Below are positions 17,901 to 26,909 of a DNA stretch of 64,000 bases, in pieces. Source of the DNA: a virus (Duplodnaviria; Caudoviricetes); the IMG/VR virus record IMGVR_UViG_3300012942_000002, positions 5,772-69,771 of that record; one strand, given 5' to 3'. The position numbers and the translations under genes are program-made. The notes beneath the pieces were generated by a model. The model had not been told where the DNA came from. It ran no database searches and saw nothing but the letters and a program-made list of their open reading frames with translations. Position 1 is the stretch's first letter; each line of letters opens with the position of its first letter.

Positions 17901-18871
17901 GGAGGCCACGACGGAACCTCACCAACAGCCCTGTAGTACTGGTTGGACAACGTGGCGACGCCCGAGCGAGTCCATGTGAAGCCGGTCGAGTCCACGACGG
18001 TGTTCCCGCCGACCGCGTCGTCTCCGCCGTCACGAGCGATGTCGAGGTCAACGACGAGCTGGTCGTTGACGCCGTCCCAGACCTGGAGTCCGTAGAACTC
18101 GCCCTCGAAGTTGTCGAAGCCGGACGAGCCGTCTGGCAGCAGGCCGCTCGGACCGCTGTCGCCAATGAGGATGGGCGCGGTCGCGTTGAACAGAGAGGTC
18201 GTGCCCGATCCGGTGATGGGGTCGCCGATCAGCGTCCACTCGTCACCGTCGAGAGACTTTCCGTGCCAGAACCTGCACGTCCATCCGCCGTTGTCGTTGT
18301 CAACGTCGAGCGTCGCACGCAGCACGGCGCGCTCGCCATTGGCGAAATTGAACGGAGTCTCCTGGTGCGCCTCTATCTGCGCAGCAGAGAGGCCTGTCGG
18401 AGACCACCAGAACCACAGCTCGCGATCCTGGCCGATGACGAAGAACCAGCGGATGTTGCCGGAGTCGAAGCTGATGGCCAGAGACTGCGGGCTGCTCCAG
18501 TTGTCCGGCCTGCAATCGACCCGGACGTCGATGTCGCCGGTGATGTCAAAGGCGTTGTTGTCCGGGGTCGAGAACTCCCATGCGCTGGAGGTCGGAGTCT
18601 TGAGGTACGGACCACCGGCCTCCAGCGAGAGGCGGAACGGGGTGTTCCTACCGATCTTGCCGAACAGCGGGCTCTCCGGGTTCCGGGGCGCGTACAGCAT
18701 GTCGCGCCCCGACTCCAGGTCGCACTCGCACGACATCGGTTCGGCCGAAGTGTCCGACTCAGAGGTCAGACCGCGCGTGATCTCGATGTCGGAGGTCGTG
18801 CGGACAGATGCCGAGTTCCACACGCCGTCATAGAACAGCTCGCCCTTGATCGGGGGTGGCAGACTCGGCAT
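14945..18871 (-). CDS. large minor tail / baseplate hub protein with probable carbohydrate-binding domains
   Basis: 1308 aa, directly after the tape measure; beta-rich, Trp/Thr/Ser-rich. Confidence 0.75.
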   Translation of the reverse strand: MPSLPPPIKGELFYDGVWNSASVRTTSDIEITRGLTSESDTSAEPMSCECDLESGRDMLYAPRNPESPLFGKIGRNTPFRLSLEAGGPYLKTPTSSAWEFSTPDNNAFDITGDIDVRVDCRPDNWSSPQSLAISFDSGNIRWFFVIGQDRELWFWWSPTGLSAAQIEAHQETPFNFANGERAVLRATLDVDNDNGGWTCRFWHGKSLDGDEWTLIGDPITGSGTTSLFNATAPILIGDSGPSGLLPDGSSGFDNFEGEFYGLQVWDGVNDQLVVDLDIARDGGDDAVGGNTVVDSTGFTWTRSGVATLSNQYYRAVGEVPSWPPTRDLTGNAVYTSIAPTGITRRMDAGNKPIDSALLRWLTQQQPTECWPMTDGSGLQEGYSLVGGTPISLSLAGDGTTFGSFGKAQQTDWLEPTFQTVKEQDNVLTGLVPRDTSGDWSVDMIFNLSGKYQPFNQLVFTDEGAGSNASPQVELSFGLISQSGTSGLWIAALWEYREDDSSSQGQIWSPNFPCPEIFDGESHHIRIKGTDLGGSVAIDLYLDGEFRESGTVPFTMKPLRTVQYAMIYTTGPDGTDNVNQGCGYLTFWAGSGGPTAAEFYEAYQGFPGELTSERIERLCNESGYTVSISGDPGDEATLSLQERKKLLELLQSASDANFGYLLERRDALEIYHRGQSTLWNQAPVFELDFTNGVIGSPFKPVDDDKLTENDVTVSGTRTGSPIRYVLEEGDLSVQDPPNGVGRYDVEYDYILDTNEGISSAAYMRLHLGTYNGVRYTRITLDLANKRVYAMLHKILRADVGDKIRLLNIPKDHGPGPVDVIVQGYSETIGPDEWSITFNCIPGEPWTAGQVFLNGETNTQARLDTAGCVTGATATTTDSEIELFTTSEFEWTSDLFDSPYDVRVGGEVVTVLGPRGPINDEVLFDTSIGPWVAQNGASVWSQEVVHPDPRARGSLKFTPSGGFSAGGPLSELSPVGSIEPGVVYAIGAWVYSPNGFSDFRAVADWYDSAGTYLSTSGATAVVAPARTWVWVSATPTAPANADRYRIRIRYGAAADADDVYYIWAARLTSVSASAIRDTFSRTLSDSWGTSESGAAWTNTGGASTDYDTTGSAGTHTMTSVNVSRYSTTPANHTDQDIRAHVSSSALATGASQFCGVVGRWTDANNSYYARIAFQTNQAVSLVIQKRVGGSQSDLISVTLPWEHAVDRVFGIRLLIQGSTLKAKAWPVATTTEPRQWHAEVTDTSLTAAGSVGVRTILGSGSTNSNTVFSYDNFETVRNQRFNVTRSENNVIKSHATGEDARLAIPSYVQM

Positions 18872-18874
18872 CTC

Positions 18875-20464
18875 TCATCCTCCTGCGTACTTGGTGATGC
18901 TTCCGCCGGACGTCGTCCTGACGGATTCCTGCATGAACTCTCGGAAGGCTCGGTTGCCGCCACGGAACTCGATCACCACAGCGCTCGTCCCGTTGTTCCC
19001 GGCCATGTTAAGCATACCCTGAAGCTTGCTCAACGGGAGGACGGCTTCCTGTTCCTGGCCCTCACCGATCATGGCCAGCGTCGGCCCCGTGGTAACACCA
19101 CCCGCTGCCAGATAGGGAATGTACGGGATGAAGCCGATGTTGACGCCGGGGATTCGGTTGGCTCCGGAGATCAGGACGTTGACGCCGTAGATGCCGTCGT
19201 TCAGCAGTCCGATGATTCCGTTGAGAGCCGACTTCAGGCCCGACACAACTCCGTTCCACATGCCGGAGAAGAACCCCTTGATGCGGCCGACCCAGGTCGA
19301 GATGGTGTTTCCGATATTACTCCACTGCTTGGAGATCCAGCCTGTGATGGCACCCCAGTTCTTGATGATGATGCCCAGCGGGGTGAAGTTGAAGAAGATG
19401 GTCTTCACCATTCCGACGGCCCAGTTGAACAGACCGATGATGTCGTCCCACAGGCCCTTGAGCCAGTTCCACACGGCGTTGAAGATCTTGATCGTCCACG
19501 TTTTGATCTCATCCCAGTAGATGATGATCAGCGCGACGAGACCAGCGACGGCCGCAATGATGAGGGCGATGGGCCAGATCGACAGGAGCCAGGCAGCCGC
19601 CATCGAGGCCGCGCTCGCAAGCGCGCTGGCAGCCATCAGGACCCAGCTCGACACCCAGGCGAACGCAGTCGTGGCAGCAGTGGCAACCGCCGTGGCGGCA
19701 GTGCCGACCCAAGCCGTGCCCAGCAGAGCGAACGTGCCGACCAGACCGAACACGACCGTGCCCAGTTGCGAGATGACGCCGAACCATCCGTCCATGATCG
19801 TCGACGACTGCACATTGCGCTGAGCCTCGTTGAGGTCCAGCTGTGCATTCTTCGCATCGATCGTGGACTGCTTGCCGTCGATCTGGGCCTGGCTGTAGTC
19901 CTCTGTCGCCTGCTTGCTGTCAAGCTTGGCCTGCTTGGCGTCGGCGTCTGCCTGCTTCAGGTCGATCGCGGCCTGCTGAGCCTCCAGCGAATCTGCGCCG
20001 TACTCCTTGACCGCGTCGTTGTAGTCCTTCTGCGCGGTCTTCTGGTCGAGCAGAGCCTGCTCCAGGTCGATGCCCGCCTGTGTGCCGTCGATCTGTGCCT
20101 GGTTGGCGTCGAGCTGTGCCTGGCGTCCGTCCTGGTTCGCCTGCTTGAGATCGAGCGCTGCCTGGGCTACGTCGTTCTGTGCACGAGCCAGGTTGTCTGC
20201 AGCGCGGTCTCCGATGTTCCAGAGATCCACAGCCTGTCCGACGATGTCGGTCATCTGGCTGAAGCCTGCGCTGGCAGCGATGGCACCGGCTCCTACTCGG
20301 CTGATGCCTCCCTCTGCATTCTGTGCCGAGTTGCCAACTCCGTCGAGGTCTGACCCCGCCGTGTTCGCGGCGTTGCCGAGATCGTCGAGGCTGTTGGCCG
20401 CCTGATCGATGGTGGACGATGTACTGCCCAAGTTGGCATCGATGTCAATCGTCACGTCGGCCAT
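18875..20464 (-). CDS. tape measure protein (short, 529 aa)
   Basis: Position after the chaperones; Ala/Gln coiled coil, TM-like segment, Trp-periodic repeats, YLAAGG...MIGEGQEQEAVLPL. Confidence 0.85.
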   Translation of the reverse strand: MADVTIDIDANLGSTSSTIDQAANSLDDLGNAANTAGSDLDGVGNSAQNAEGGISRVGAGAIAASAGFSQMTDIVGQAVDLWNIGDRAADNLARAQNDVAQAALDLKQANQDGRQAQLDANQAQIDGTQAGIDLEQALLDQKTAQKDYNDAVKEYGADSLEAQQAAIDLKQADADAKQAKLDSKQATEDYSQAQIDGKQSTIDAKNAQLDLNEAQRNVQSSTIMDGWFGVISQLGTVVFGLVGTFALLGTAWVGTAATAVATAATTAFAWVSSWVLMAASALASAASMAAAWLLSIWPIALIIAAVAGLVALIIIYWDEIKTWTIKIFNAVWNWLKGLWDDIIGLFNWAVGMVKTIFFNFTPLGIIIKNWGAITGWISKQWSNIGNTISTWVGRIKGFFSGMWNGVVSGLKSALNGIIGLLNDGIYGVNVLISGANRIPGVNIGFIPYIPYLAAGGVTTGPTLAMIGEGQEQEAVLPLSKLQGMLNMAGNNGTSAVVIEFRGGNRAFREFMQESVRTTSGGSITKYAGG

Positions 20465-20798
20465 GCTCTGCACCTCCCATCGACCTGTTGAGACTCTTGA
20501 TCGCCGCAAGCATCTGCTCCGGCGTCTTCCTTGCCGCCCTGCCGTACTCGACTAGGAAGTCCGCGATCTTGAACTTCCTGCCGCCCTTACCCCGGTTGGA
20601 GTTCGCAACGGTAGCCGCAATGGTGGCCGCCTGGATATCTCCACGACGCCGACCGAGTGGACCGGTCATCTTCTCGAATGCCATCCACTCGGTCAGCTCG
20701 TAGGAGCCCATGCGGTAGTCCAGCTCGGCCACCGTCATCCCGAGGTGCTCCGCTAGGCGGAAGCGGAAGAGTCGCTCGGGGCGGCGTCGGAGTTTCCC
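20445..20798 (-). CDS. tail assembly chaperone, -1 frameshift extension
   Basis: The -1 frame reads GKLRRRPERLFRFRLAEHLGMTVAEL... from the slippery site GGGAAAC at 20792-20798. Confidence 0.85.
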   Translation of the reverse strand, partial: GKLRRRPERLFRFRLAEHLGMTVAELDYRMGSYELTEWMAFEKMTGPLGRRRGDIQAATIAATVANSNRGKGGRKFKIADFLVEYGRAARKTPEQMLAAIKSLNRSMGGAEHGRRDD

Positions 20799-21163
20799 TC
20801 CGCTTCCTTCACCGCGTACCGGCCCATGCCGGACATCTCCTGGACCTTGGCCGCGAGGCGCTCGATCACGGCACCGGACTTGACGCCCAGCGCTCCGGCC
20901 GAGATCTCCTTGTTGGAGTAGATGCGCTGGAAGTTCTCGTCGACCATCGCCATGCCCACGAGCTTCTCGCGATACACCTTGAGCGACTCGACGCGGAGCT
21001 GGGGCGTCTGCCCGTTCGCCACGACCGAACCGGCCTCGATGTATCCCCGGTCGGCCGCCGACAGCTCCATGAGTCGGACGTCGCCGCCCCACTCGGGGAC
21101 CGGGACGTCCTCCCACTTGCGGTCGACAGCGTCGGAGATCTGCTGCTTCGTTACCAGTGCCAT
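20753..21163 (-). CDS. tail assembly chaperone
   Basis: EDVPVPEWGGDVRL motif; lies between tail tube and tape measure. Confidence 0.85.
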   Translation of the reverse strand: MALVTKQQISDAVDRKWEDVPVPEWGGDVRLMELSAADRGYIEAGSVVANGQTPQLRVESLKVYREKLVGMAMVDENFQRIYSNKEISAGALGVKSGAVIERLAAKVQEMSGMGRYAVKEAEGNSDAAPSDSSASA

Positions 21164-21182
21164 GATGCTCTGTTCCTCGTCC

Positions 21183-21620
21183 TCAGCTGCCGGCAGTGTG
21201 GGTCAGCTCCGGCTTGCCGGAGATCTTCACGGTGACGGTCCGCTCCATCTTGTCGTCGTGCGGGAACTCGTCGCCGTTCGCGGTGATCAGACCCTCGAAG
21301 TCCCACGTCCACTCGTCGGCCGTGTCGGGGAAGATCACCAGCTGGTAGTTGCGGTTGTCCCGCTCCTCGAAGTCGTCGTCGAGCGCCTGGATGCTCGCGA
21401 CGTTGGGGTCGTAGTTGAGCGTGAGCTCGACCTCGCCGCCGTCCTTCAGGCCCTTGACGAACTCGCGGTACTGGTCCGGCGAGTCGTGCGCGGTGACCTC
21501 GATGGCCTCCCGCTCACGGCTCGGGCCGGAGATGTCCGTGCAGTTCGCGACCGTCATGAACGTGCCGGGCGTGTCGGTCTCGCGGCGGAACTGAGTTCCC
21601 CACGCGTCCTGTCCTGCCAT
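21183..21620 (-). CDS. major tail tube protein
   Basis: ISGPSREREAIEVT...GLKDGGEVELTLNYDP...VKISGKP. Confidence 0.9.
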   Translation of the reverse strand: MAGQDAWGTQFRRETDTPGTFMTVANCTDISGPSREREAIEVTAHDSPDQYREFVKGLKDGGEVELTLNYDPNVASIQALDDDFEERDNRNYQLVIFPDTADEWTWDFEGLITANGDEFPHDDKMERTVTVKISGKPELTHTAGS

Positions 21621-21624
21621 TGGG

Positions 21625-22041
21625 TCACACCTCCTGGTGAATCACTATCCGGAATTGTACCGGAACGTGGCGGATCTCGGGATCCGGATCGCGCAGCGTT
21701 TGGAGTTGCACGAATCGGATGGAAACGACTGACCATGAATCCGGCAAGTCAATCGCCAGACGCTTGTGGTCGAGAAGAGCGATGATCTCGTTGGCGATAT
21801 CGATCGCCGACTTGAATCCTCGCGCCTTTGTCCACACATGGGTTGTGAACAGAATGTCCCACCCGAATCCGCCGTGCCAGTTGTCGGGGATGGAGAACAT
21901 CTCGCCCATCGTGACGTATGGCTTGGTGATTCGCTCAGGAACGTCGTCGTACACACCGGCCGAATCCAGGCCGGTATCCAGCGTGGCGTAAAGCCCCGCC
22001 AGAAGCTCGTTGAACGGCCCCGCAGCCGTGGGAGTAGACAT
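21625..22041 (-). CDS. tail terminator (DUF3168-like)
   Basis: VYDDVP...PYVTMGE...HVWT; gene order. Confidence 0.8.
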   Translation of the reverse strand: MSTPTAAGPFNELLAGLYATLDTGLDSAGVYDDVPERITKPYVTMGEMFSIPDNWHGGFGWDILFTTHVWTKARGFKSAIDIANEIIALLDHKRLAIDLPDSWSVVSIRFVQLQTLRDPDPEIRHVPVQFRIVIHQEV

Positions 22042-22388
22042 CAGCTGATCTCCCCCTCGATGCGGCGCGCGATGCGCTTGGGTCCGTTGGCTCGCGCCCA
22101 CTGGATCGTCGGCGCTACGTAGGGCTGAGCCGGTGAGCGGCTTGTTCCGTTCTCGACATACTCGGCGTACTCCACGCCGCGCGGTCCGACGGTGTAGCTG
22201 TCTCCGGCCTTCTCCTTGGAGATGGAGTCACGCAGCCTGCCAGTGTCCACGGGCACGACGCCCTTCATGTGGTTGGTGACATCGTCTGCGAACTCGCTGA
22301 TCGCCTCGTCGGTCACACCGGCCAGCCGGTCGGACAGACGCCTGAGGCGCTGTTGTGCACCACGGATGCCGCGTGCGTTAATGCCCAC
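22041..22388 (-). CDS. HK97 gp10-like tail completion protein
   Basis: PVDTGRLRDSI, YAEYVENGT, AQPYVAP. Confidence 0.85.
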   Translation of the reverse strand: MGINARGIRGAQQRLRRLSDRLAGVTDEAISEFADDVTNHMKGVVPVDTGRLRDSISKEKAGDSYTVGPRGVEYAEYVENGTSRSPAQPYVAPTIQWARANGPKRIARRIEGEIS

Positions 22389-22554
22389 GTCGACCTCCTC
22401 CTGTGTTTCGCCGCTCCAGAGCGAGCAGGCCGAGCAGTGACCACGCAGTGGACTCGTCCCACTTGCCGGCACGGGCAGCAGCCTCAGCCCGCTCTCGTGC
22501 CTCGGTGGGACCGATCGGCTTCGCCTCCTGAGAGGGCCTCTCTGCATCCGTCAT
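22378..22554 (-). CDS. small hypothetical protein
   Basis: 58-aa ORF MTDAERPSQE...GH* exactly filling the gap between head-tail genes. Confidence 0.5.
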   Translation of the reverse strand: MTDAERPSQEAKPIGPTEARERAEAAARAGKWDESTAWSLLGLLALERRNTGGGRRGH

Positions 22555-22556
22555 GA

Positions 22557-22898
22557 TCAGCTCTCCTGCTCGCTCTGGATGAACTCGACGTCGGCACGCA
22601 GGTACACGCCGGGCGTCGAGGGCTTGACGACGTTCATCACACGGAAACGATCCGAGCCCTGGCGAAACTCATCGCCGCGCTGGATGTCGTCGTCATGGTT
22701 CTGGTACACCTTGTGGGTCAAGGATGCACCAGCCTGCTCCGCCTCGAACTGCTCCCTGGCGGACGCTTGGTCAATCTTGACTCTGCGTCCGCTCTCAAGC
22801 AGGGCATAGGAGTAATCCACTCCACCTTGCCCGTCCGACACTTCAGTCCGCCGATAGACATCGGCAGTCTGCTTGAGCAGGTGTGACACCAGGCTCAT
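22557..22898 (-). CDS. head-closure / stopper protein (SPP1 gp16-like)
   Basis: SDGQGG, IQRGD motifs; gene order. Confidence 0.8.
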   Translation of the reverse strand: MSLVSHLLKQTADVYRRTEVSDGQGGVDYSYALLESGRRVKIDQASAREQFEAEQAGASLTHKVYQNHDDDIQRGDEFRQGSDRFRVMNVVKPSTPGVYLRADVEFIQSEQES

Positions 22899-23383
22899 CC
22901 GAGATCACCTCGCGGGATCCAGGGGAAGACACCCTCCAGGTCACCGTTCTCGACGAGCACCTTCTCGCTCGGAGTCAGCGGATCGATGGTGCGAGTGCGC
23001 TTCCAGTTGAGCTTGGTGATCCAGCGCTGCGCGATCGGTGCAAGCATCGCGGAATCCTCCGAGCTGCCGCCCGACCCCGAACCGCCGGAGCCATTGGAGT
23101 AACTGTAGTCGCCCAGCGTCTCGCTGGACTTCTCGGAGCCGGTGCCGAAGTCCTCGGCACCCTGCTCCTTCTGCCACTTGGCCTGCCAGGACACAGCCTG
23201 CTTCAGGATGCGCAGCGTGCGCGGCTGGAGGCTGTCCTTCAGTCCGTAGTGGATGTCCGTGAACAGGTCGATGATGGACTGGGCCGTGTTCAGGTCCGCC
23301 TGGTACAGCGTCACGCCAGTGATGGCGCTTGCCTCAGCCGGAGTCGCCCAGGTGTCGGCGCATTCCTCTGCCGGGGTAGACAC
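22895..23383 (-). CDS. head-tail adaptor
   Basis: SETLGDYSYS motif; follows the capsid gene. Confidence 0.75.
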   Translation of the reverse strand: MSTPAEECADTWATPAEASAITGVTLYQADLNTAQSIIDLFTDIHYGLKDSLQPRTLRILKQAVSWQAKWQKEQGAEDFGTGSEKSSETLGDYSYSNGSGGSGSGGSSEDSAMLAPIAQRWITKLNWKRTRTIDPLTPSEKVLVENGDLEGVFPWIPRGDLG

Positions 23384-23509
23384 GGCCGCCCTCCTCGGGT
23401 CCGTAAAGGGGTCTACGTGGGCGCGTAACGAACGAACGGCCCGGTCCCGGTGAAACGGGCCGGGCCGTCGCTCGCAGGCCGCCTACGGGGCGTACGCGGC
23501 CTTCGCGGA

Positions 23510-24583
23510 TCAGCTCAGGGCGGAGCCGTCGTCCACGAGGACGGCGAACGCCTTCTCGTGACCGATGGCGAAGCCCTTGCGGACGCGGATCTTGACGTTC
23601 GCCTCGTCCGTCGTGGAGATCGCGGCCGGGATCGGCTGGGTCTCGACGGTGGAGCGGTCGCCGACGATCAGGAAGTCCCGGTTGCCGAAGACCATGATCG
23701 GCGCACCCGTGGGCGCGGCGCTCGCGGTGGCGGACAGGCGGCAGCCGTTCGACCAGCGGACGGGGATGTCGAAGACGGTGTCCGGCGTACCGGCGTCACC
23801 ACCCTGACCCCGCACGAAGATCGGCTGGCCCTGGTCGTCCTTGATCTGTCGGAGCTGCTTGCGGAAGACCGGGTGCGCGATGACGACCGACATCGACTCG
23901 TCGAAGTAGTCGCCGTCCTCGTACCGGCCCAGGGCCTCCGAGAGCTCGTCGTAGGTGACCTCGCCCGCCGTGACCGTGCCGACGATGTTGTCGTTGGCGG
24001 TGTAGCCGGTCGTGGCGTTGGTCTGGGTCAGCGCGTAGTACACCGACGTGTACGGGACGGTCGGCGCGTTCTCCGCAGCGGAGGTCGCGAGCGTCGCGTT
24101 GTCGAAGTACTTCGCGTAGCTGGTGGCCCAGTCCCGCTCCTTGGCCGCGATGATGTCGGCCGCCGAGTCGTTGAGGTCCTCCTCGGCCACGGTCAGGAGG
24201 CCGGTGTGCTTGCGGGCGGTGAGCAGGACGTCGTCGTTCTCGTCGTTGGACGAGGTGTACGCCTCGGCCTTGCCGAGCGTCTTGATCGCCATGCCCGAGG
24301 AGCGCGGCTCCTTCTTGGTGGCGGTGGACATCGGCGTGTGCCGACCCCACGCCTCGACGGCCGAGACCTGCGCGACGCGCTGGATGACGGCGGAGTCGGT
24401 CTCCTCCGGGATCCAGTCGTCGAAGTTGTCCGCCGCGCCACCGACCATGAAGTAGATCGGCTGGCCGTTCTTGCGGTAGCCGACGATGTCGCCGGGCTCG
24501 AACTCGGTCCACACGACCTTCGCCGCGCGCTCCGCCGCGAACGCGGCCTTGCGTGCCGCCCAGTCGTCCATGGAGTAGTCCAT
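23510..24583 (-). CDS. major capsid protein (HK97 fold)
   Basis: LTARKHTGLLTVAEEDLNDS, LRQIKDDQGQPIF, RVRKGFAIGHEKAFAVL. Confidence 0.9.
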   Translation of the reverse strand: MDYSMDDWAARKAAFAAERAAKVVWTEFEPGDIVGYRKNGQPIYFMVGGAADNFDDWIPEETDSAVIQRVAQVSAVEAWGRHTPMSTATKKEPRSSGMAIKTLGKAEAYTSSNDENDDVLLTARKHTGLLTVAEEDLNDSAADIIAAKERDWATSYAKYFDNATLATSAAENAPTVPYTSVYYALTQTNATTGYTANDNIVGTVTAGEVTYDELSEALGRYEDGDYFDESMSVVIAHPVFRKQLRQIKDDQGQPIFVRGQGGDAGTPDTVFDIPVRWSNGCRLSATASAAPTGAPIMVFGNRDFLIVGDRSTVETQPIPAAISTTDEANVKIRVRKGFAIGHEKAFAVLVDDGSALS

Positions 24584-24718
24584 GTGGGCTCCCTTCAGGG
24601 ATCGTGATCTGGTAAATGCAAACAGCCCCAGGTGAGGGGTGCCCCACCCAGGGCTGCTGCATCCGGCACAAGGCCAGACATGCTCGCCGCAATGATACCT
24701 CATGCAGCGGGTTCTCGC

Positions 24719-25603
24719 TTACAGGCCTCGCAGCCTGTTGGCGACCTTCTGTGCGGCGGTGAGCTTCTCCTCACCGGCACCCTCGTCGCTGCCACCGGCT
24801 CCACCGGCCTTGCGAGCGGAGCCCTTGCCGGAGCCACCGCCCTCGCCGCCGGAGCCGCCGGAGGTGGTCTTGCGGGTCCGCTTGGTGGTGGCGCGCTTCG
24901 GCCCGAACATCTCGGGCATGTCCTTCTTGAGGGCGTCCACCTGGTCGGTGACGTCGATGGTGCCGTCCTCGTCGTCGATGTCGACCTCGTTGACGTCGAT
25001 CATCCGGACGAGCCGGTCCACCAGGGCCGGACGGGCACCAGCCGCCATGAGCTCGGCACGGGCGGCCATGCGGATGACGGTCGGCTTGAACGCCTCACGC
25101 CCCTCCTCCTTGGCCTTCTCCACGAGCTCGTTGATGCGGCGCTGCGCGGCCTCGGAGTCGACCTCCTTGCCCGCCGTCTTCTTGAGCTCGTCGAGCTGCT
25201 CCTGGAGCGTGGCGAGGTCGCCCTCCAGCTTGGCCTTGGCGGTCTCCGCCTCGCGCAGCCGGGTGCCACGGTTCTTGGAGTTCTTTAGCTTCTTGAGGTA
25301 GGCGGCACGGAGACGCTTGACCTCGGCGGCGAGTTCCTCGGGCGACTTGCCCTTGTCCTCGTCGTCATCGTCGTCTTCGTCGTCCTCCTCGTCGCCCTTG
25401 TCGGCGTCCTCCTCGTCCTCGTCACCCTCGTCGTCGTCCTCGTCCCCGCCGTCGGCGTAGAACACGGGCGAGAAGGGGTCCGTGGCGTAGGGGTGAGCCC
25501 ACCCAGGCTCGTATCCGTCCACACCGGCCGCAGTCAGCAGGTCCAGGTCCGCACCGGCGGACTTGGCGGCCGACAGGCCAGGACGGAGAAGGTTGGTCAT
25601 CAT
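24719..25603 (-). CDS. capsid scaffolding protein
   Basis: Acidic tract, coiled coil, LKKDMPEMF; precedes the capsid gene. Confidence 0.8.
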   Translation of the reverse strand: MMTNLLRPGLSAAKSAGADLDLLTAAGVDGYEPGWAHPYATDPFSPVFYADGGDEDDDEGDEDEEDADKGDEEDDEDDDDDEDKGKSPEELAAEVKRLRAAYLKKLKNSKNRGTRLREAETAKAKLEGDLATLQEQLDELKKTAGKEVDSEAAQRRINELVEKAKEEGREAFKPTVIRMAARAELMAAGARPALVDRLVRMIDVNEVDIDDEDGTIDVTDQVDALKKDMPEMFGPKRATTKRTRKTTSGGSGGEGGGSGKGSARKAGGAGGSDEGAGEEKLTAAQKVANRLRGL

Positions 25604-25614
25604 GCTTCAGTACC

Positions 25615-26661
25615 TCACGGGTTCGATGTAGGAACGCTCCTGCCCCGAGCGAACTCGCCCTTCTTCAAATCGCGACGAGCCCGTTCGAGCACGGTCTTGG
25701 GGAGATCAGGATTGCCCTTCAGCAATTCCTTGAGCGCTCGGATCCTGCTGGCGTTGGATTCGGATGGTAGTGAGAATCCACGAGCAATGGATCTTTGCGC
25801 TTCCCGGCTGACCGCCTCTGGCAAGCTTACCTCGCCATCCCGAGCCCACGCTGGATCCCACGGAACGGGTCGGCATCGGCAATGTGGATGGAGAGGAGGG
25901 CGGACGCCCTTTGCCTTGGAGTCCCTCTGCTTGGGATCCCAGGAGAGTCCACCGGGAAAGTCCTCTCCCTTCTTCACGATGCGGCCTGCATATGCGAGGC
26001 AGTTCACACAGGCATCGCGCTCTGCCACCCACACCTCGTACTTGGCCTTGTTAGCTGTGGCTGTTGCCTGCATCGTCTTGGTCACGTTCTCGTTGACAGA
26101 TGACGTGATCGTGGACTTGGCGCGCCCCAGGACATTGCGAGCCTGTCGGAGCCCAGCCAGGATGCCACGCAGTCCGAGCCGCTCGATGACCGGCCGACGC
26201 AGCAGCCTCTTGAAGGCGGACTCGCCCTCGGACACTGCCGCCTTCACGGCCGCGCGTTCGGCCTTCAGATCGGGCGTAGGGACGTCTACGCGCTTGGCTG
26301 CGGCCTTGCCGCTGGCTCCCTCAACGAACGCCGCACCCTGCTCGGTTGCGGCCGTTACGGCGCTGCCTACGGCTTCGGACAGGGCGGAGATGACCGAGCC
26401 CTCCAGCCCCTTGAGCGCTCCATTGCTCGCAGACAGCGCCGATCGGATCATCTCGTTCAACGGCGCACCCTCACCGGGTGCACTCATCGAGCCGAATGTC
26501 TTGACCCAGTCGGACGTGGCCGAGCGCAGGGCATCGTCGATCGCAGCATATCGCTTCTCGGTCGCCGCCTTGATCGCCTTGTCCTCGATCTTGGAGATCG
26601 CCTCGATCTGCTTCTGCTGCACAAGCTCCAGCAGCGCCTCGGGGTCTATGCGCTCAGCCAT
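25615..26661 (-). CDS. MuF-like head morphogenesis / minor capsid protein
   Basis: WVAERDACVNC and PPLHPHCRC. Confidence 0.85.
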   Translation of the reverse strand: MAERIDPEALLELVQQKQIEAISKIEDKAIKAATEKRYAAIDDALRSATSDWVKTFGSMSAPGEGAPLNEMIRSALSASNGALKGLEGSVISALSEAVGSAVTAATEQGAAFVEGASGKAAAKRVDVPTPDLKAERAAVKAAVSEGESAFKRLLRRPVIERLGLRGILAGLRQARNVLGRAKSTITSSVNENVTKTMQATATANKAKYEVWVAERDACVNCLAYAGRIVKKGEDFPGGLSWDPKQRDSKAKGVRPPLHPHCRCRPVPWDPAWARDGEVSLPEAVSREAQRSIARGFSLPSESNASRIRALKELLKGNPDLPKTVLERARRDLKKGEFARGRSVPTSNP

Positions 26662-26674
26662 GTCGGACCACCTC

Positions 26675-26899
26675 TCAGACGGTCTGGTTGACCAGCAGCT
26701 GGAAGAGCGACGACGCGACCACGATGTTGTACGCGTCGATCGAGTAGGACGGCGCACCGATCTTGGTGAGAGCCCGCGTCAGATCGCTGACCTGCTGGCT
26801 GGACATGTTCTGCGTGTTGATCGTGGTCGAGGGAGTCCCGTTGATCGCTGCGTTCTGCAGCGCAAGGATCTCGTTCTCGGACATAGCAGGTACGGACAT
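26675..26899 (-). CDS. hypothetical protein
   Basis: AAGGAG RBS; continues the operon. Confidence 0.65.
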   Translation of the reverse strand: MSVPAMSENEILALQNAAINGTPSTTINTQNMSSQQVSDLTRALTKIGAPSYSIDAYNIVVASSLFQLLVNQTV

Positions 26900-26909
26900 C
26901 GTTCTCCTT

